From contig DAOLFG010000005.1 in NCBI GenBank assembly GCA_035326425.1, positions 29,827 through 93,826 on the forward strand: a stretch of 64,000 bases of DNA, read 5' to 3'. The number at the start of each line of letters is the position of its first letter. Positions within the stretch are counted from its first letter, which is position 1. The notes under the pieces are model-generated. The model made no database searches, had not been told where the DNA came from, and worked only from the letters and a program-made list of their open reading frames with translations. This document shows positions 29,404 through 37,867 of this stretch, in pieces. The stretch is from Geminicoccus sp. Its GTDB lineage: Bacteria; Pseudomonadota; Alphaproteobacteria; Geminicoccales; Geminicoccaceae. The position numbers and the translations under genes were made by a program.

Positions 29404-31379
29404 GCCTGCGCCTCGGAATCGACACCGGCGGGACCTTCACCGACGCGGCCCTGCTCGACGATGCCGAGCGCGTCGTCGCCACTGCCAAGGCGCTGACGAC
29501 GCGGCACGACCTCTCGATCGGTATCGCCGAGGCGGTCGGGCGAGTCCGGGAGGCTGCACCCGGACCCATCGGCCTCGTGGCACTGTCGACGACGCTCGCC
29601 ACCAACGCCATCGTCGAGGGCCGTGGCGGCCGCGCGGCGCTGGTGCTGGTCGGCCTCGACGAGGCCACCATCGACCGTGGCGGCCTCGGGCGTGCGCTGG
29701 GCGACGCCCCGGTGGGCTTCGTGGCGGGTGGACACGCCGCCGACGGCACCGAGAGCGGGCCGCTCGACCTGGCGGGTGCCGAGGCCCTGATCGCCCGGCT
29801 GGCGCCCGAGGTCGAGGCCTTCGCGGTCTGCGGCCAGTTCGCGGTGCGCAACCCGGCGCACGAGCTGGCGGTCGCCGCCATCGCCCGGGCCGTCGGCCGC
29901 CCGGCCACCTGCTCGCACGAGCTGACGGCGAGGCTCGATGCGCCGCGCCGGGCGGTCACCACCTTGCTGAACGCCCGGCTGATACCGGAGATCGCGGCCC
30001 TGCTCGACGCCGTCGAGGCCATGCTGGCGGCCGACGGCATCGACGCCTCTCTCATGGTGGTGACCGGCGATGGCTCGCTGGTCGCCGCCGACATGGCACG
30101 GGCCCGGCCCGTCGAGACGCTGCTTTCCGGCCCCGCCGCCAGCATCGTTGGCGCCGCCTTCCTGGCCGGCCTGGACGAGGCGCTCGTCGCCGATGTCGGC
30201 GGCACGACCACGGATATCGCACTGCTGCGTCGAGGCAGGCCCAGGCTTTCCGCCCGGGGAGCCACCGTCGGCGGCCATGCCACCATGGTCGAGGCCATCG
30301 AGGTCCACACGGCCGGTCTCGGCGGCGACAGCGAGGTGCGGCAGGGACCAGGCGGCGGACTGGTGCTCGGCCCGCGCCGGCTGATGCCGTTGAGCCTCCT
30401 CGCCGACAGGAGGCCCGACACCCTGGAGACGCTCGCGCGGCAGGCGGCCGCTGCCAAGCCGCGGCCGCACGACGGCCGCTTCGTGCTGCGACGAAGGGCA
30501 CCGGCGGATCCCGCCGCCCTCGGTCGCAGCGCCCGCCGCCTGTGGGATCTGCTGGAGGACGGCCCGGCGCCCCTGGCCGTGATTCTCGAGAGCCATGGCC
30601 TGGGCCGGGCCCTGGCGCGGCTGGGCGATGCCGGCATCGTCCTCGAGGCGGGCTTCACCCCGAGCGATGCCGCTCATGTGCTCGGACAGCAGTCCGGCTG
30701 GTCGGTCGCGGCAGCGAGGCTGGGAGCGCTGATCTGCGCGCGGCAACACCATCCCTCCGAGCCGGTCGATGCCGCCGAGATGGCGAGACGGGTCCTGTCG
30801 GCCGCCGGCCTGCGGACCGGCGAGCTGCTGCTGCGGACGGCGCTGGCCTGCGACGGCGAGCCTGCCGCCGACATTCTGGACGGACCGGCGCGAGACATCC
30901 TGCTGCAGGGTCTGGCCGGCCGGCCGGCCGAAATCGCCTCGGTGCGGGTGGCGCTGTCCTGTCCGGTGGTGGCCGTCGGCGGCCCGGCACCGCTGTTCTA
31001 TCCATCGGCCGTCGCCGGGCTCGGCACCAGCCTCGTCCTGCCGCCCCATCACGCTACCTGCAACGCCATCGGTGCCGTCGTCGGCCGGATCGAGCGCACC
31101 GCCCGCACCCTCGTCACCGCCCTGTCCGACGGAGGCTGGCGGGTGCACCTGCCCCGAGGACCGCGCGACCTCGCCGAGCTGGCGGCTGCCCTCGAACTGG
31201 CGGAGGATGCCGCCCGGCGGGCGGCGATCGCAGCGGCGCAGGATGCCGGCGCTCCCCGGGCCGAGGTCCGCTGCCACCGCCGCGAGCGCAGCTTCGACGA
31301 CATCGCGGGCGAACGGCGCGTGCTCGAGGTCGAGATCGTGGCGACCGCCACCGGCCGCCCCCCCTCCATGCCCGGTTGA
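29400..31379 (+). CDS. Hydantoinase/oxoprolinase (HyuA-like, ASKHA fold) family protein
   Basis: GTG start overlaps the DUF2339 stop (GTGA). LGIDTGGTFTD and ADVGGTTTDI phosphate-binding motifs. About 659 aa. No HyuB-type partner nearby. Confidence 0.8.
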   Translation: MSLRLGIDTGGTFTDAALLDDAERVVATAKALTTRHDLSIGIAEAVGRVREAAPGPIGLVALSTTLATNAIVEGRGGRAALVLVGLDEATIDRGGLGRALGDAPVGFVAGGHAADGTESGPLDLAGAEALIARLAPEVEAFAVCGQFAVRNPAHELAVAAIARAVGRPATCSHELTARLDAPRRAVTTLLNARLIPEIAALLDAVEAMLAADGIDASLMVVTGDGSLVAADMARARPVETLLSGPAASIVGAAFLAGLDEALVADVGGTTTDIALLRRGRPRLSARGATVGGHATMVEAIEVHTAGLGGDSEVRQGPGGGLVLGPRRLMPLSLLADRRPDTLETLARQAAAAKPRPHDGRFVLRRRAPADPAALGRSARRLWDLLEDGPAPLAVILESHGLGRALARLGDAGIVLEAGFTPSDAAHVLGQQSGWSVAAARLGALICARQHHPSEPVDAAEMARRVLSAAGLRTGELLLRTALACDGEPAADILDGPARDILLQGLAGRPAEIASVRVALSCPVVAVGGPAPLFYPSAVAGLGTSLVLPPHHATCNAIGAVVGRIERTARTLVTALSDGGWRVHLPRGPRDLAELAAALELAEDAARRAAIAAAQDAGAPRAEVRCHRRERSFDDIAGERRVLEVEIVATATGRPPSMPG

Positions 31380-31483
31380 AAGCCACCGCCGGAATACGCG
31401 GTCGCGATGGCGGGCAGGGAAGCCTTGGTCTAGTCTGAACCCGCCGGGCACGCACCCGCCGCACCGGCCAAGAGGAGGAACGC

Positions 31484-34400
31484 GTGGCCGAGCTGCGCCG
31501 ATGGCTCGCCGAGGCCGGGCTGAAGAGCCTGGTCGAGCCGCTGGCGGCCCATGACATCGGGCTCGACATCCTGGGCGAGCTGACCGACGCCGACCTTCGC
31601 GAGATGGGGCTTTCGCTGGGGCAGCGCAAGCGCCTGCTCAAGGCGCTGGCGGAGCGCGGCACGGCCCCCGCCGGGGCGGCGCAGGATCGAGGCAAGGGCG
31701 AAGCCGAGCGCCGGCAGATGACCATCGTGTTCTGCGACATGGTGGGCTCCTCCAGCCTCGCCAGCAGGCTCGATCCCGAGGACATGTTCGTCGTCGTCGC
31801 CGCCTACCAGCGCTGCTGCATGGAGGTCGTCACCGCCCACGGCGGCTATGTCGCGCAATATCTGGGCGACGGCGTGCTGGCCTATTTCGGCTTCCCGGCG
31901 GCGCGCGAGGACGACGCCGAGCGGGCCGTGCGGGCCGGCCTCGCGCTGGTCGAGGCGGTGCGTCGGCTGAAGCCGCGGCCGGACATCAACCTGCATGCCC
32001 GTGCCGGCATCGACACCGGCCTCGTCGTCATCGGCGACCTGCTGGCCCAGGGCGTCGGCAACGAGGACAGCGTCGTCGGCGACACGCCGAACTTCGCATC
32101 CCGGCTGCAGGCGGCCGCTCCTCCCGATGGCGTGGCCATCAGCGCCAACACCCGGCGCCTGCTCGGCGATCTGTTCGAGACGCAGCGGATCGAGTCGGAG
32201 AAGATCAAGGGCTTCGGCTCGCGGAGCGAGATCTGGCTGGTCACCGGCGAGGGCAGGGCGGAAGGCCGGTTCGAGGCCCGCTCGGCCGCCGGGTTGACCC
32301 CGATGATCGGGCGCGAGCACGAGCTGCAGATGATGCTGCACCGCTGGGGGCTGGCCAGATCCGGCGAGGGCCAGGTGCTGCTGCTGGTCGGCGAGGGCGG
32401 CATCGGCAAGTCGCGGCTGGTCGACACGCTCAACCGCGAGATGGTCGAGCAGCCGCACATCAGGCTGCGCTATTTCTGCTCGCAGTTCTATGCCTCGACC
32501 GCCCTGCACCCGGTGATCGACCAGGTCCGCCGAGCGGCGGGGCTCACGCGGCTGGACGATGCCACGGTCCAGCGGGAGCGGCTGAACGGCCTCATCGAGG
32601 GCGAGGAGGATCCGAAGCGCGCCGGGGCCCTGCTCGCCACCCTGTGCTCGGTGCCGCTCGACGAACGCCAGCCGATCCAGGAGATGACGCCGCTCGAGCG
32701 CAAGCAGGCGACGTTCGAGCTGCTGCTGCGGCAGGCCGAGCGGCTGGCGGAGCGGCTGCCGCTCCTGATCCTGTTCGAGGATGCCCACTGGATCGATCCG
32801 ACGACGTCGGAGCTGCTGGCGATGTTCGTCGACCGTGTCCGCAGGCTGCCGGCATTGCTGGTGATCACCGGCCGGCCGGAGTTCGCACCGCCCTGGAAGG
32901 CCCAGCCGCACATCACCTCGCTGCAGCTCGGCCGGTTCAGCCGCCAGCAGGCCGTCGACCTGATCGGCCGCGTCACTGGTGGGCGGAAGCTGCCGCCGGA
33001 GGTGGTCCAGCTCATTCTGGACAAGACCGACGGCGTGCCGCTGTTCGTCGAGGAATTGACCAAGGCGCTGATCGAGACGGGTGCCCTCAGCTCGCGCGGC
33101 GACAACCTGCTGCTGACCGGGCCGCTGCCCTCGATCTCGATCCCGTCGACGCTGCACGACTCGCTGATGGCGAGACTGGACCGGCTGTCCACCATCAAGG
33201 AGGTGGCGCTGTGGGCTTCCGCCCTCGGCCGCAGCTTCACCCTCGACCAGCTCGCCGCCGTGGCGCCGCTGGAGCGGGACGAGATCTGCAGGGCGCTGGA
33301 GAAGCTGGTCGACGCCGAGATGGTCTACCGGCACGGGCTCTGGGCCGACGAGATCTACGAGTTCAAGCACGCCCTGGTGCAGGAGGCGGCCTATCTCAGC
33401 ATGCTGCGCGCCCGCCGCCAGCAGATGCATGCGCGCATCGGCCATGTGCTCGAGGAGACCTTCCCCGAGATCGCCGCCGGCCAGCCCGAGATCCTGGCGC
33501 ACCACTACGGCGAGGGCGGCGTCAGCGACAAGGCGTGGGAGTACGAGCTGCGCGCCGGCGACGCTGCCGCGGCGCGCTATGCCTCGCCCGAGGCGCGCAC
33601 ACGCTACACGAGGGCGCGCGAGCTGGCCCGCCAGCTTCCGCCGAGCCCGCGCGCCAAGCGCCGCGAGCTGAAGGCGATCCTCAAATGCGCCTCGATCGCC
33701 TTCGGAAAGGCCCAGATCGAGGCGGACCTGCGCGAGCTGCAGCACGCCAGGTCCATCGCCGGAGAGCTGGAGCACGAGCCGCGGCTGGCCCAGGTCCACT
33801 ACTGGATCGGTCGCCTCGACTATGTCGCCGGCCGGTTCGACAGCGCCGTCGAGCAGGCGGGCCAGTCCCTGGCCATCGCCGACCGGCTGGAGGACCATCG
33901 CCAGTCGGCTTCGGCTGCCAACCTGCTGGCACGCATCCATTGCCTGCGCGGCGAGCCGGCAAAGGGCATCGCCTACGCCCAGCGCAACACCGGCCAGATG
34001 CGCCAGATCGGCAACCGGATCGAGGAGGCCGCCATCACCGGCGTGCTGGCCTTCGCCCTGGCGCTCGCCGCCCGCTTCGACGAGGCACAGGCGGCCGGGG
34101 AGCGGGCGCGGGCGCTGTCGGATCGGCTGGACCATCTGCCGACCCAGGCCGCCTGCCATTTCTTCAAGGGCGTCTCGCATGGCTGGCAGGGCGACATCGA
34201 GGTGGCCGACTTGTGCTTCGAGCAGGCGCTCGGGCTCGCCGACAAATCGGGCGACGCCTTCCGCCGGTATGTGATCCACGGCTGGCGCGGCGAAGCCCTG
34301 CTGCGCGTCGGCGAGCTCGACCGGGCGGCCGGGGATCTCGCCGCCTGCCAGGAGCTCGCCGAGCGGATCGGCAGCGAGTTCCATCGCGGCGGCTTCATGG

Positions 34401-34786
34401 CGCTGCGGGCCGAGACCATGCTGCGCAGCGGTGACGCCGATGGCGCGTTGCGCCTGGCCTCGGACGCCCTCGGGCTCGCCGAGGCCTCGCAGCAGGCATG
34501 GAGCATCTCGCTGGCCCTGCGCAGCCGTGCCGAGGCGCTGGTGGCGACCGCCGCCGGCAGCGCCGAAGAGTCGTTGGCGATGCTGCGGCGGGCAGCCGAG
34601 ATCCAGGCCGACCAGGATCTCGTCTGCGACCTGGCCTGGACGGGCTTGGCGCTGGCCCGGGCACTGGACGCCATCGGCGACCGCATCGGCAGCGACGCCG
34701 AGCTGGCGCGGGCGCGCCGCACATTCGGCCAGGCCGGCATGCACCGGGCACTGAATTCCATGACGAACGACGTTGCCATCGGCTGA
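31484..34786 (+). CDS. SAM domain / class III adenylate-guanylate cyclase / P-loop STAND ATPase / TPR multidomain protein
   Basis: GTG start after aagaggagga. SAM-like N-terminus. Cyclase motifs IVFCDMVGSS, YLGDGVLAYF and GDTPNFASRLQ. Walker A LLVGEGGIGKSRL and Walker B LLILFEDAHWID. Long helical-repeat C-terminus without an HTH. Confidence 0.9.
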   Translation: MAELRRWLAEAGLKSLVEPLAAHDIGLDILGELTDADLREMGLSLGQRKRLLKALAERGTAPAGAAQDRGKGEAERRQMTIVFCDMVGSSSLASRLDPEDMFVVVAAYQRCCMEVVTAHGGYVAQYLGDGVLAYFGFPAAREDDAERAVRAGLALVEAVRRLKPRPDINLHARAGIDTGLVVIGDLLAQGVGNEDSVVGDTPNFASRLQAAAPPDGVAISANTRRLLGDLFETQRIESEKIKGFGSRSEIWLVTGEGRAEGRFEARSAAGLTPMIGREHELQMMLHRWGLARSGEGQVLLLVGEGGIGKSRLVDTLNREMVEQPHIRLRYFCSQFYASTALHPVIDQVRRAAGLTRLDDATVQRERLNGLIEGEEDPKRAGALLATLCSVPLDERQPIQEMTPLERKQATFELLLRQAERLAERLPLLILFEDAHWIDPTTSELLAMFVDRVRRLPALLVITGRPEFAPPWKAQPHITSLQLGRFSRQQAVDLIGRVTGGRKLPPEVVQLILDKTDGVPLFVEELTKALIETGALSSRGDNLLLTGPLPSISIPSTLHDSLMARLDRLSTIKEVALWASALGRSFTLDQLAAVAPLERDEICRALEKLVDAEMVYRHGLWADEIYEFKHALVQEAAYLSMLRARRQQMHARIGHVLEETFPEIAAGQPEILAHHYGEGGVSDKAWEYELRAGDAAAARYASPEARTRYTRARELARQLPPSPRAKRRELKAILKCASIAFGKAQIEADLRELQHARSIAGELEHEPRLAQVHYWIGRLDYVAGRFDSAVEQAGQSLAIADRLEDHRQSASAANLLARIHCLRGEPAKGIAYAQRNTGQMRQIGNRIEEAAITGVLAFALALAARFDEAQAAGERARALSDRLDHLPTQAACHFFKGVSHGWQGDIEVADLCFEQALGLADKSGDAFRRYVIHGWRGEALLRVGELDRAAGDLAACQELAERIGSEFHRGGFMALRAETMLRSGDADGALRLASDALGLAEASQQAWSISLALRSRAEALVATAAGSAEESLAMLRRAAEIQADQDLVCDLAWTGLALARALDAIGDRIGSDAELARARRTFGQAGMHRALNSMTNDVAIG

Positions 34787-34837
34787 AGTGCCGTCGGGCG
34801 TCGTCACGATTTTTTTGTCGTCGATTGGAGAGAACCT

Positions 34838-36232
34838 ATGGCAGATCAGACCCGTCTCGATTCCGACAAATCCGAGGAGCTGGAGCGCGAACGCGTCGCG
34901 CTCGTCCTGGGCGGCGGCGCGCCGACCCTGACATTGCAGGCGGGCGCCCTGGTGGCGCTGGACGAGGAGGGCGTCGAGTTCGACGTCATCTCGACCTCGG
35001 GTGCCGGCATGCTGGTCGGGCTGCTCTATGCGGCCCCCAAGGGCAAGTCGCGACAGGAGGCGCTGAAGGCGACCGTCGATCTCGGCGTCCACGACGCCAT
35101 CTACGATCTGTTCCCGATCAACTACAAGGTCTTCTGCAAGCCCGGTCCCCTGGCATCGATGTATTACAGGGCGACAATGCCTTTCATAGAAGCCTTGCCG
35201 AAGTCCAATTCCCAGGAGCGCTACCTGAGAGATCTCGTGCATCTCTGGACTGCGGCGTGGTCGCCTTCCAGCCTATTGCCGAGCAGCCTGGGCATGTGCG
35301 AGGCCGCACCATGGCTCGAGGAGGTCGTCGACTTCACCGCGTTGAAGAAATTCCCGCCTCAATTCTACCTGAATGCATGGAACATTTTCGAAAAGAAGAT
35401 GCGCGTGTTCGACAAGGAGCACCTGTCCCCGGCACATTTCAGGGCCGGCCTGGCATTTCCGCTGATCTATCCGCCCTACGAGCTCGACGGTGATTTCTAT
35501 ATCGAGGGCTCGGCGATGGATACGCTGAACCTGGCCGGGCTGCTGCGCTACGACAGCGCATTCGATGGTGAGTACGACCGCCGCCTCGTCGAGCAGCTCA
35601 CGGCCGTCTTCGGCGAGATCGAGCGGGCGACCGGCCGCGGCAACGGCAAGTCCGCCCAGCGGCTCGTGGATTCGGCGAAGAAGGCCGCGCGACGCCATGC
35701 CCTGGCGAGCATGAAGGGTGCCGCCGCCGATCGGCGGCGGCAGGGCCGGGCCGCCCCGGCAAGCGCCGAAGGAGACGCCGTCCCGGCCGATCCGGTGCTG
35801 GAGGCCCAGTGCCGGAAGCTCGGCCAGAACCTCTACTGTCGCATGGCGCTGGAAGAGGAGAAGGCCAAGGCCGAGGGGATCAACGCCATCGACCGCATCG
35901 TGGCGTTCGACGTGCTGGGGACCGAGGCCCTGGTTCGCCGCCCGCGCAATCTCTACGACGCCTGGGTGCTGCAGATGATCGTGCCGCTGGTGTCGCTGGC
36001 CAACCAGGAGATCGCCGAGTTCCGCGAGGACTTCGAGCAGAATCTCGGCGACGAGGATCGTATCCTCCATCTGCTCCACTTCGAGGAATTCGTGCGCGGA
36101 CAGTGGGATACGGCGCTCGACTGGTCCTACAGCAATCTGAGCCGGCTGTACGAGGCCGGCTACAAGGCCGGCAAGGCGTTCGCCGCCGAGAAGAAATGGC
36201 TGCATCGGCCGAGGAAGGCCGCCGTCGCTTGA
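34838..36232 (+). CDS. Divergent patatin-like phospholipase family protein
   Basis: GGAG RBS. Glycine-rich loop ALVLGGGAPT, nucleophile-elbow-like ISTSGAGMLVG and a later YIEGSAMDTLN block. A low-complexity Ala/Arg insert splits the fold. G+C visibly lower, with rare codons. Confidence 0.65.
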   Translation: MADQTRLDSDKSEELERERVALVLGGGAPTLTLQAGALVALDEEGVEFDVISTSGAGMLVGLLYAAPKGKSRQEALKATVDLGVHDAIYDLFPINYKVFCKPGPLASMYYRATMPFIEALPKSNSQERYLRDLVHLWTAAWSPSSLLPSSLGMCEAAPWLEEVVDFTALKKFPPQFYLNAWNIFEKKMRVFDKEHLSPAHFRAGLAFPLIYPPYELDGDFYIEGSAMDTLNLAGLLRYDSAFDGEYDRRLVEQLTAVFGEIERATGRGNGKSAQRLVDSAKKAARRHALASMKGAAADRRRQGRAAPASAEGDAVPADPVLEAQCRKLGQNLYCRMALEEEKAKAEGINAIDRIVAFDVLGTEALVRRPRNLYDAWVLQMIVPLVSLANQEIAEFREDFEQNLGDEDRILHLLHFEEFVRGQWDTALDWSYSNLSRLYEAGYKAGKAFAAEKKWLHRPRKAAVA

Positions 36233-36254
36233 ACGGATCGGCCGTCCATGTTAA

Positions 36255-36272
36255 TGACTGACCAGTCAGTCA
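36255..36272. promoter_or_regulatory. Perfect 18-bp palindrome; likely TetR operator
   Basis: TGACTGAC-ca-GTCAGTCA, ending 14 nt upstream of the tetR start. Confidence 0.6.
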
Positions 36273-36285
36273 CAATGGTCGGCCG

Positions 36286-36921
36286 ATGTCTGCTCGCCCG
36301 CCCCGCCGCCGCCGCAAGGAGGCCCGTCCGCGCGAGATCCTCCGCGCCGCGCTCGAAACCTTCGCCGAGAAGGGCTTCGCCGCGGCGCGGCTCGAGGACG
36401 TGGCATTGCGGGCCGGCATCGGAAAGGGGACGCTCTACCTCTACTTTTCGAGCAAGGAGGAGCTGCTACGGGCGGTGGTGCGCGAGGCGCTGGTCCCCAA
36501 CATCGCCCGCGCCGAACGCCTGGCCGCCCGCCATGCCGGCAGCTGTGCCGAGCTGCTCCGCCTGATCGTCGAGCTGGCGGGGCGACGCATCTCCCGGTCG
36601 AGGCTCAGCGCCCTTCCCAAGGTGGTGCTGGCCGAGGCCAGCAATTTCCCCGAGGTGGCGCGGTTCTATTTCGACGAGGTCATCAGCCGCGGCTTCGGGC
36701 TCCTGGGTGGCATCGTCCGCCGCGGCATCGAGCAGGGCGAGTTCCGGCCCATCGATGCCGAGCACGCGGCCCGGCTGCTGATGGCGCCGCTGCTGTTCCT
36801 CGCGCTGTGGCGCCACTCCTTCGCGCGCGTGGCGCCGGGACCACTCGATCCGATCGCCTTCTGCCGCGCCCATCTCGACATGGCGCTGCACGGCCTGCTG
36901 CGCGAGCCCGGCAATGGCTGA
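36286..36921 (+). CDS. TetR/AcrR family transcriptional regulator
   Basis: N-terminal HTH (ILRAALETFAEKGFAAARLEDVALRAGIGKGTLYLYF) and a helical ligand domain. Confidence 0.9.
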   Translation: MSARPPRRRRKEARPREILRAALETFAEKGFAAARLEDVALRAGIGKGTLYLYFSSKEELLRAVVREALVPNIARAERLAARHAGSCAELLRLIVELAGRRISRSRLSALPKVVLAEASNFPEVARFYFDEVISRGFGLLGGIVRRGIEQGEFRPIDAEHAARLLMAPLLFLALWRHSFARVAPGPLDPIAFCRAHLDMALHGLLREPGNG

Positions 36922-37867
36922 GATCATGGCCTGGCTGCAGGGGCTGCTGCTCGCGATCGGCATCGGTGGCACGGCGCGCGACGGCACCTGGGTGCAGGGT
37001 TATGCCGAGGGCGAGCAGATAAGGGTGGCCGCACCGTTGGAGGGCGAGCTGGCGATGCTGGCCGTCGAGCGCGGCGCCGCCGTCGAGGCCGGTGCCCCGC
37101 TGTTCGCGCTCGATCCCACCATCCAGCTGGCCGCGCGCGACGAGGCCCTGGCGAGGCTGCGGCGCGCCGAGGCCGACCTCGCCGACCTGCGCAAGGGCGA
37201 GCGCGACGAGGAGCTGGCCGCCATCGAGGCCCGCCAGGCCCAGGCCCAGGCCGATCTCGTCCTGGCCGAGCAGCGGCTGCGCCGCCAGGAGGAGCTGGTG
37301 AGATCCAGCGCCTCGGCCCGCGACCGGCTGGACGAGGCGACGGCCCAGGCCAAGAGCGACCGTGCGCTGGTCGACCAGCTGGTGGCCGAGCTCGCCGTCG
37401 CCCGGCTGGGTGCCCGGTCCGACCGCATCGCCGCCGCCGGGCAGGAGGTGGCAGCCGCGACGGCCGCCCTCGCCGGCGCCGAGCACCTCCTGGCGGAACT
37501 GGCACCCACCGCCCCTGTCGCGGCCCGGGTCGAGGACACGCATTTCCGCCCCGGCGAGCGCGTGCCCGCCGGCAGGCCGGTGGTGAGCCTGCTGCCGCCC
37601 GGCAACATCAAGCTGCGCTTCTTCGTGCCCCAGGTTCTGCTGTCCCGGCTGTCGCAAGGCGCGCAGGTGGGCTGGACCTGCGACGGCTGCCCGCCCGATC
37701 TCGCGGCGACGGTCGGCTTCGTCAGCGGCGAGGCCGAGTTCACGCCGCCCGTCATCTACAGCATCGGCTCGCGCGACAAGCTCGTCTTCATGGTCGAGGC
37801 CAGGCCCGCCGCCGGCTTCCTGCCGCGTCCCGGCCAGCCGGTCGACGTGCGCCTGCCCGGGCCGTGA
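36914..37867 (+). CDS. HlyD family secretion / membrane fusion protein
   Basis: N-terminal TM, a lipoyl-like half (V.AP..G.....V..G..V..G..LF.LD), a long coiled coil and a beta-barrel C-terminus. Overlaps the tetR end. Confidence 0.85.
   Translation: MAEIMAWLQGLLLAIGIGGTARDGTWVQGYAEGEQIRVAAPLEGELAMLAVERGAAVEAGAPLFALDPTIQLAARDEALARLRRAEADLADLRKGERDEELAAIEARQAQAQADLVLAEQRLRRQEELVRSSASARDRLDEATAQAKSDRALVDQLVAELAVARLGARSDRIAAAGQEVAAATAALAGAEHLLAELAPTAPVAARVEDTHFRPGERVPAGRPVVSLLPPGNIKLRFFVPQVLLSRLSQGAQVGWTCDGCPPDLAATVGFVSGEAEFTPPVIYSIGSRDKLVFMVEARPAAGFLPRPGQPVDVRLPGP

Noticed and set aside
34790-34830. The T7 tract after the cyclase gene as an intrinsic terminator
   Set aside because: The preceding GC-rich sequence (gtgccgtcgggcgtcgtcac) folds only into a poor, mismatched stem with almost no loop. 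It is more likely just an AT-rich spacer or RBS region, so co-transcription with the patatin gene remains possible.
31430-35242. 1270-aa minus-strand ORF covering the cyclase-STAND gene and the start of the patatin gene
   Set aside because: Antisense shadow. It has no recognisable domain and a biased Arg/Gly/Leu/Asp composition, while the plus-strand genes have clear catalytic motifs.
31484-36232. Calling the cyclase/patatin pair a canonical CBASS or Pycsar system
   Set aside because: There is no CD-NTase (GS...D.D nucleotidyltransferase) and no small stand-alone PycC. The cyclase is embedded in a STAND protein, and the patatin protein has no obvious SAVED or cNMP-binding domain. I therefore report it only as an analogy and a hypothesis.
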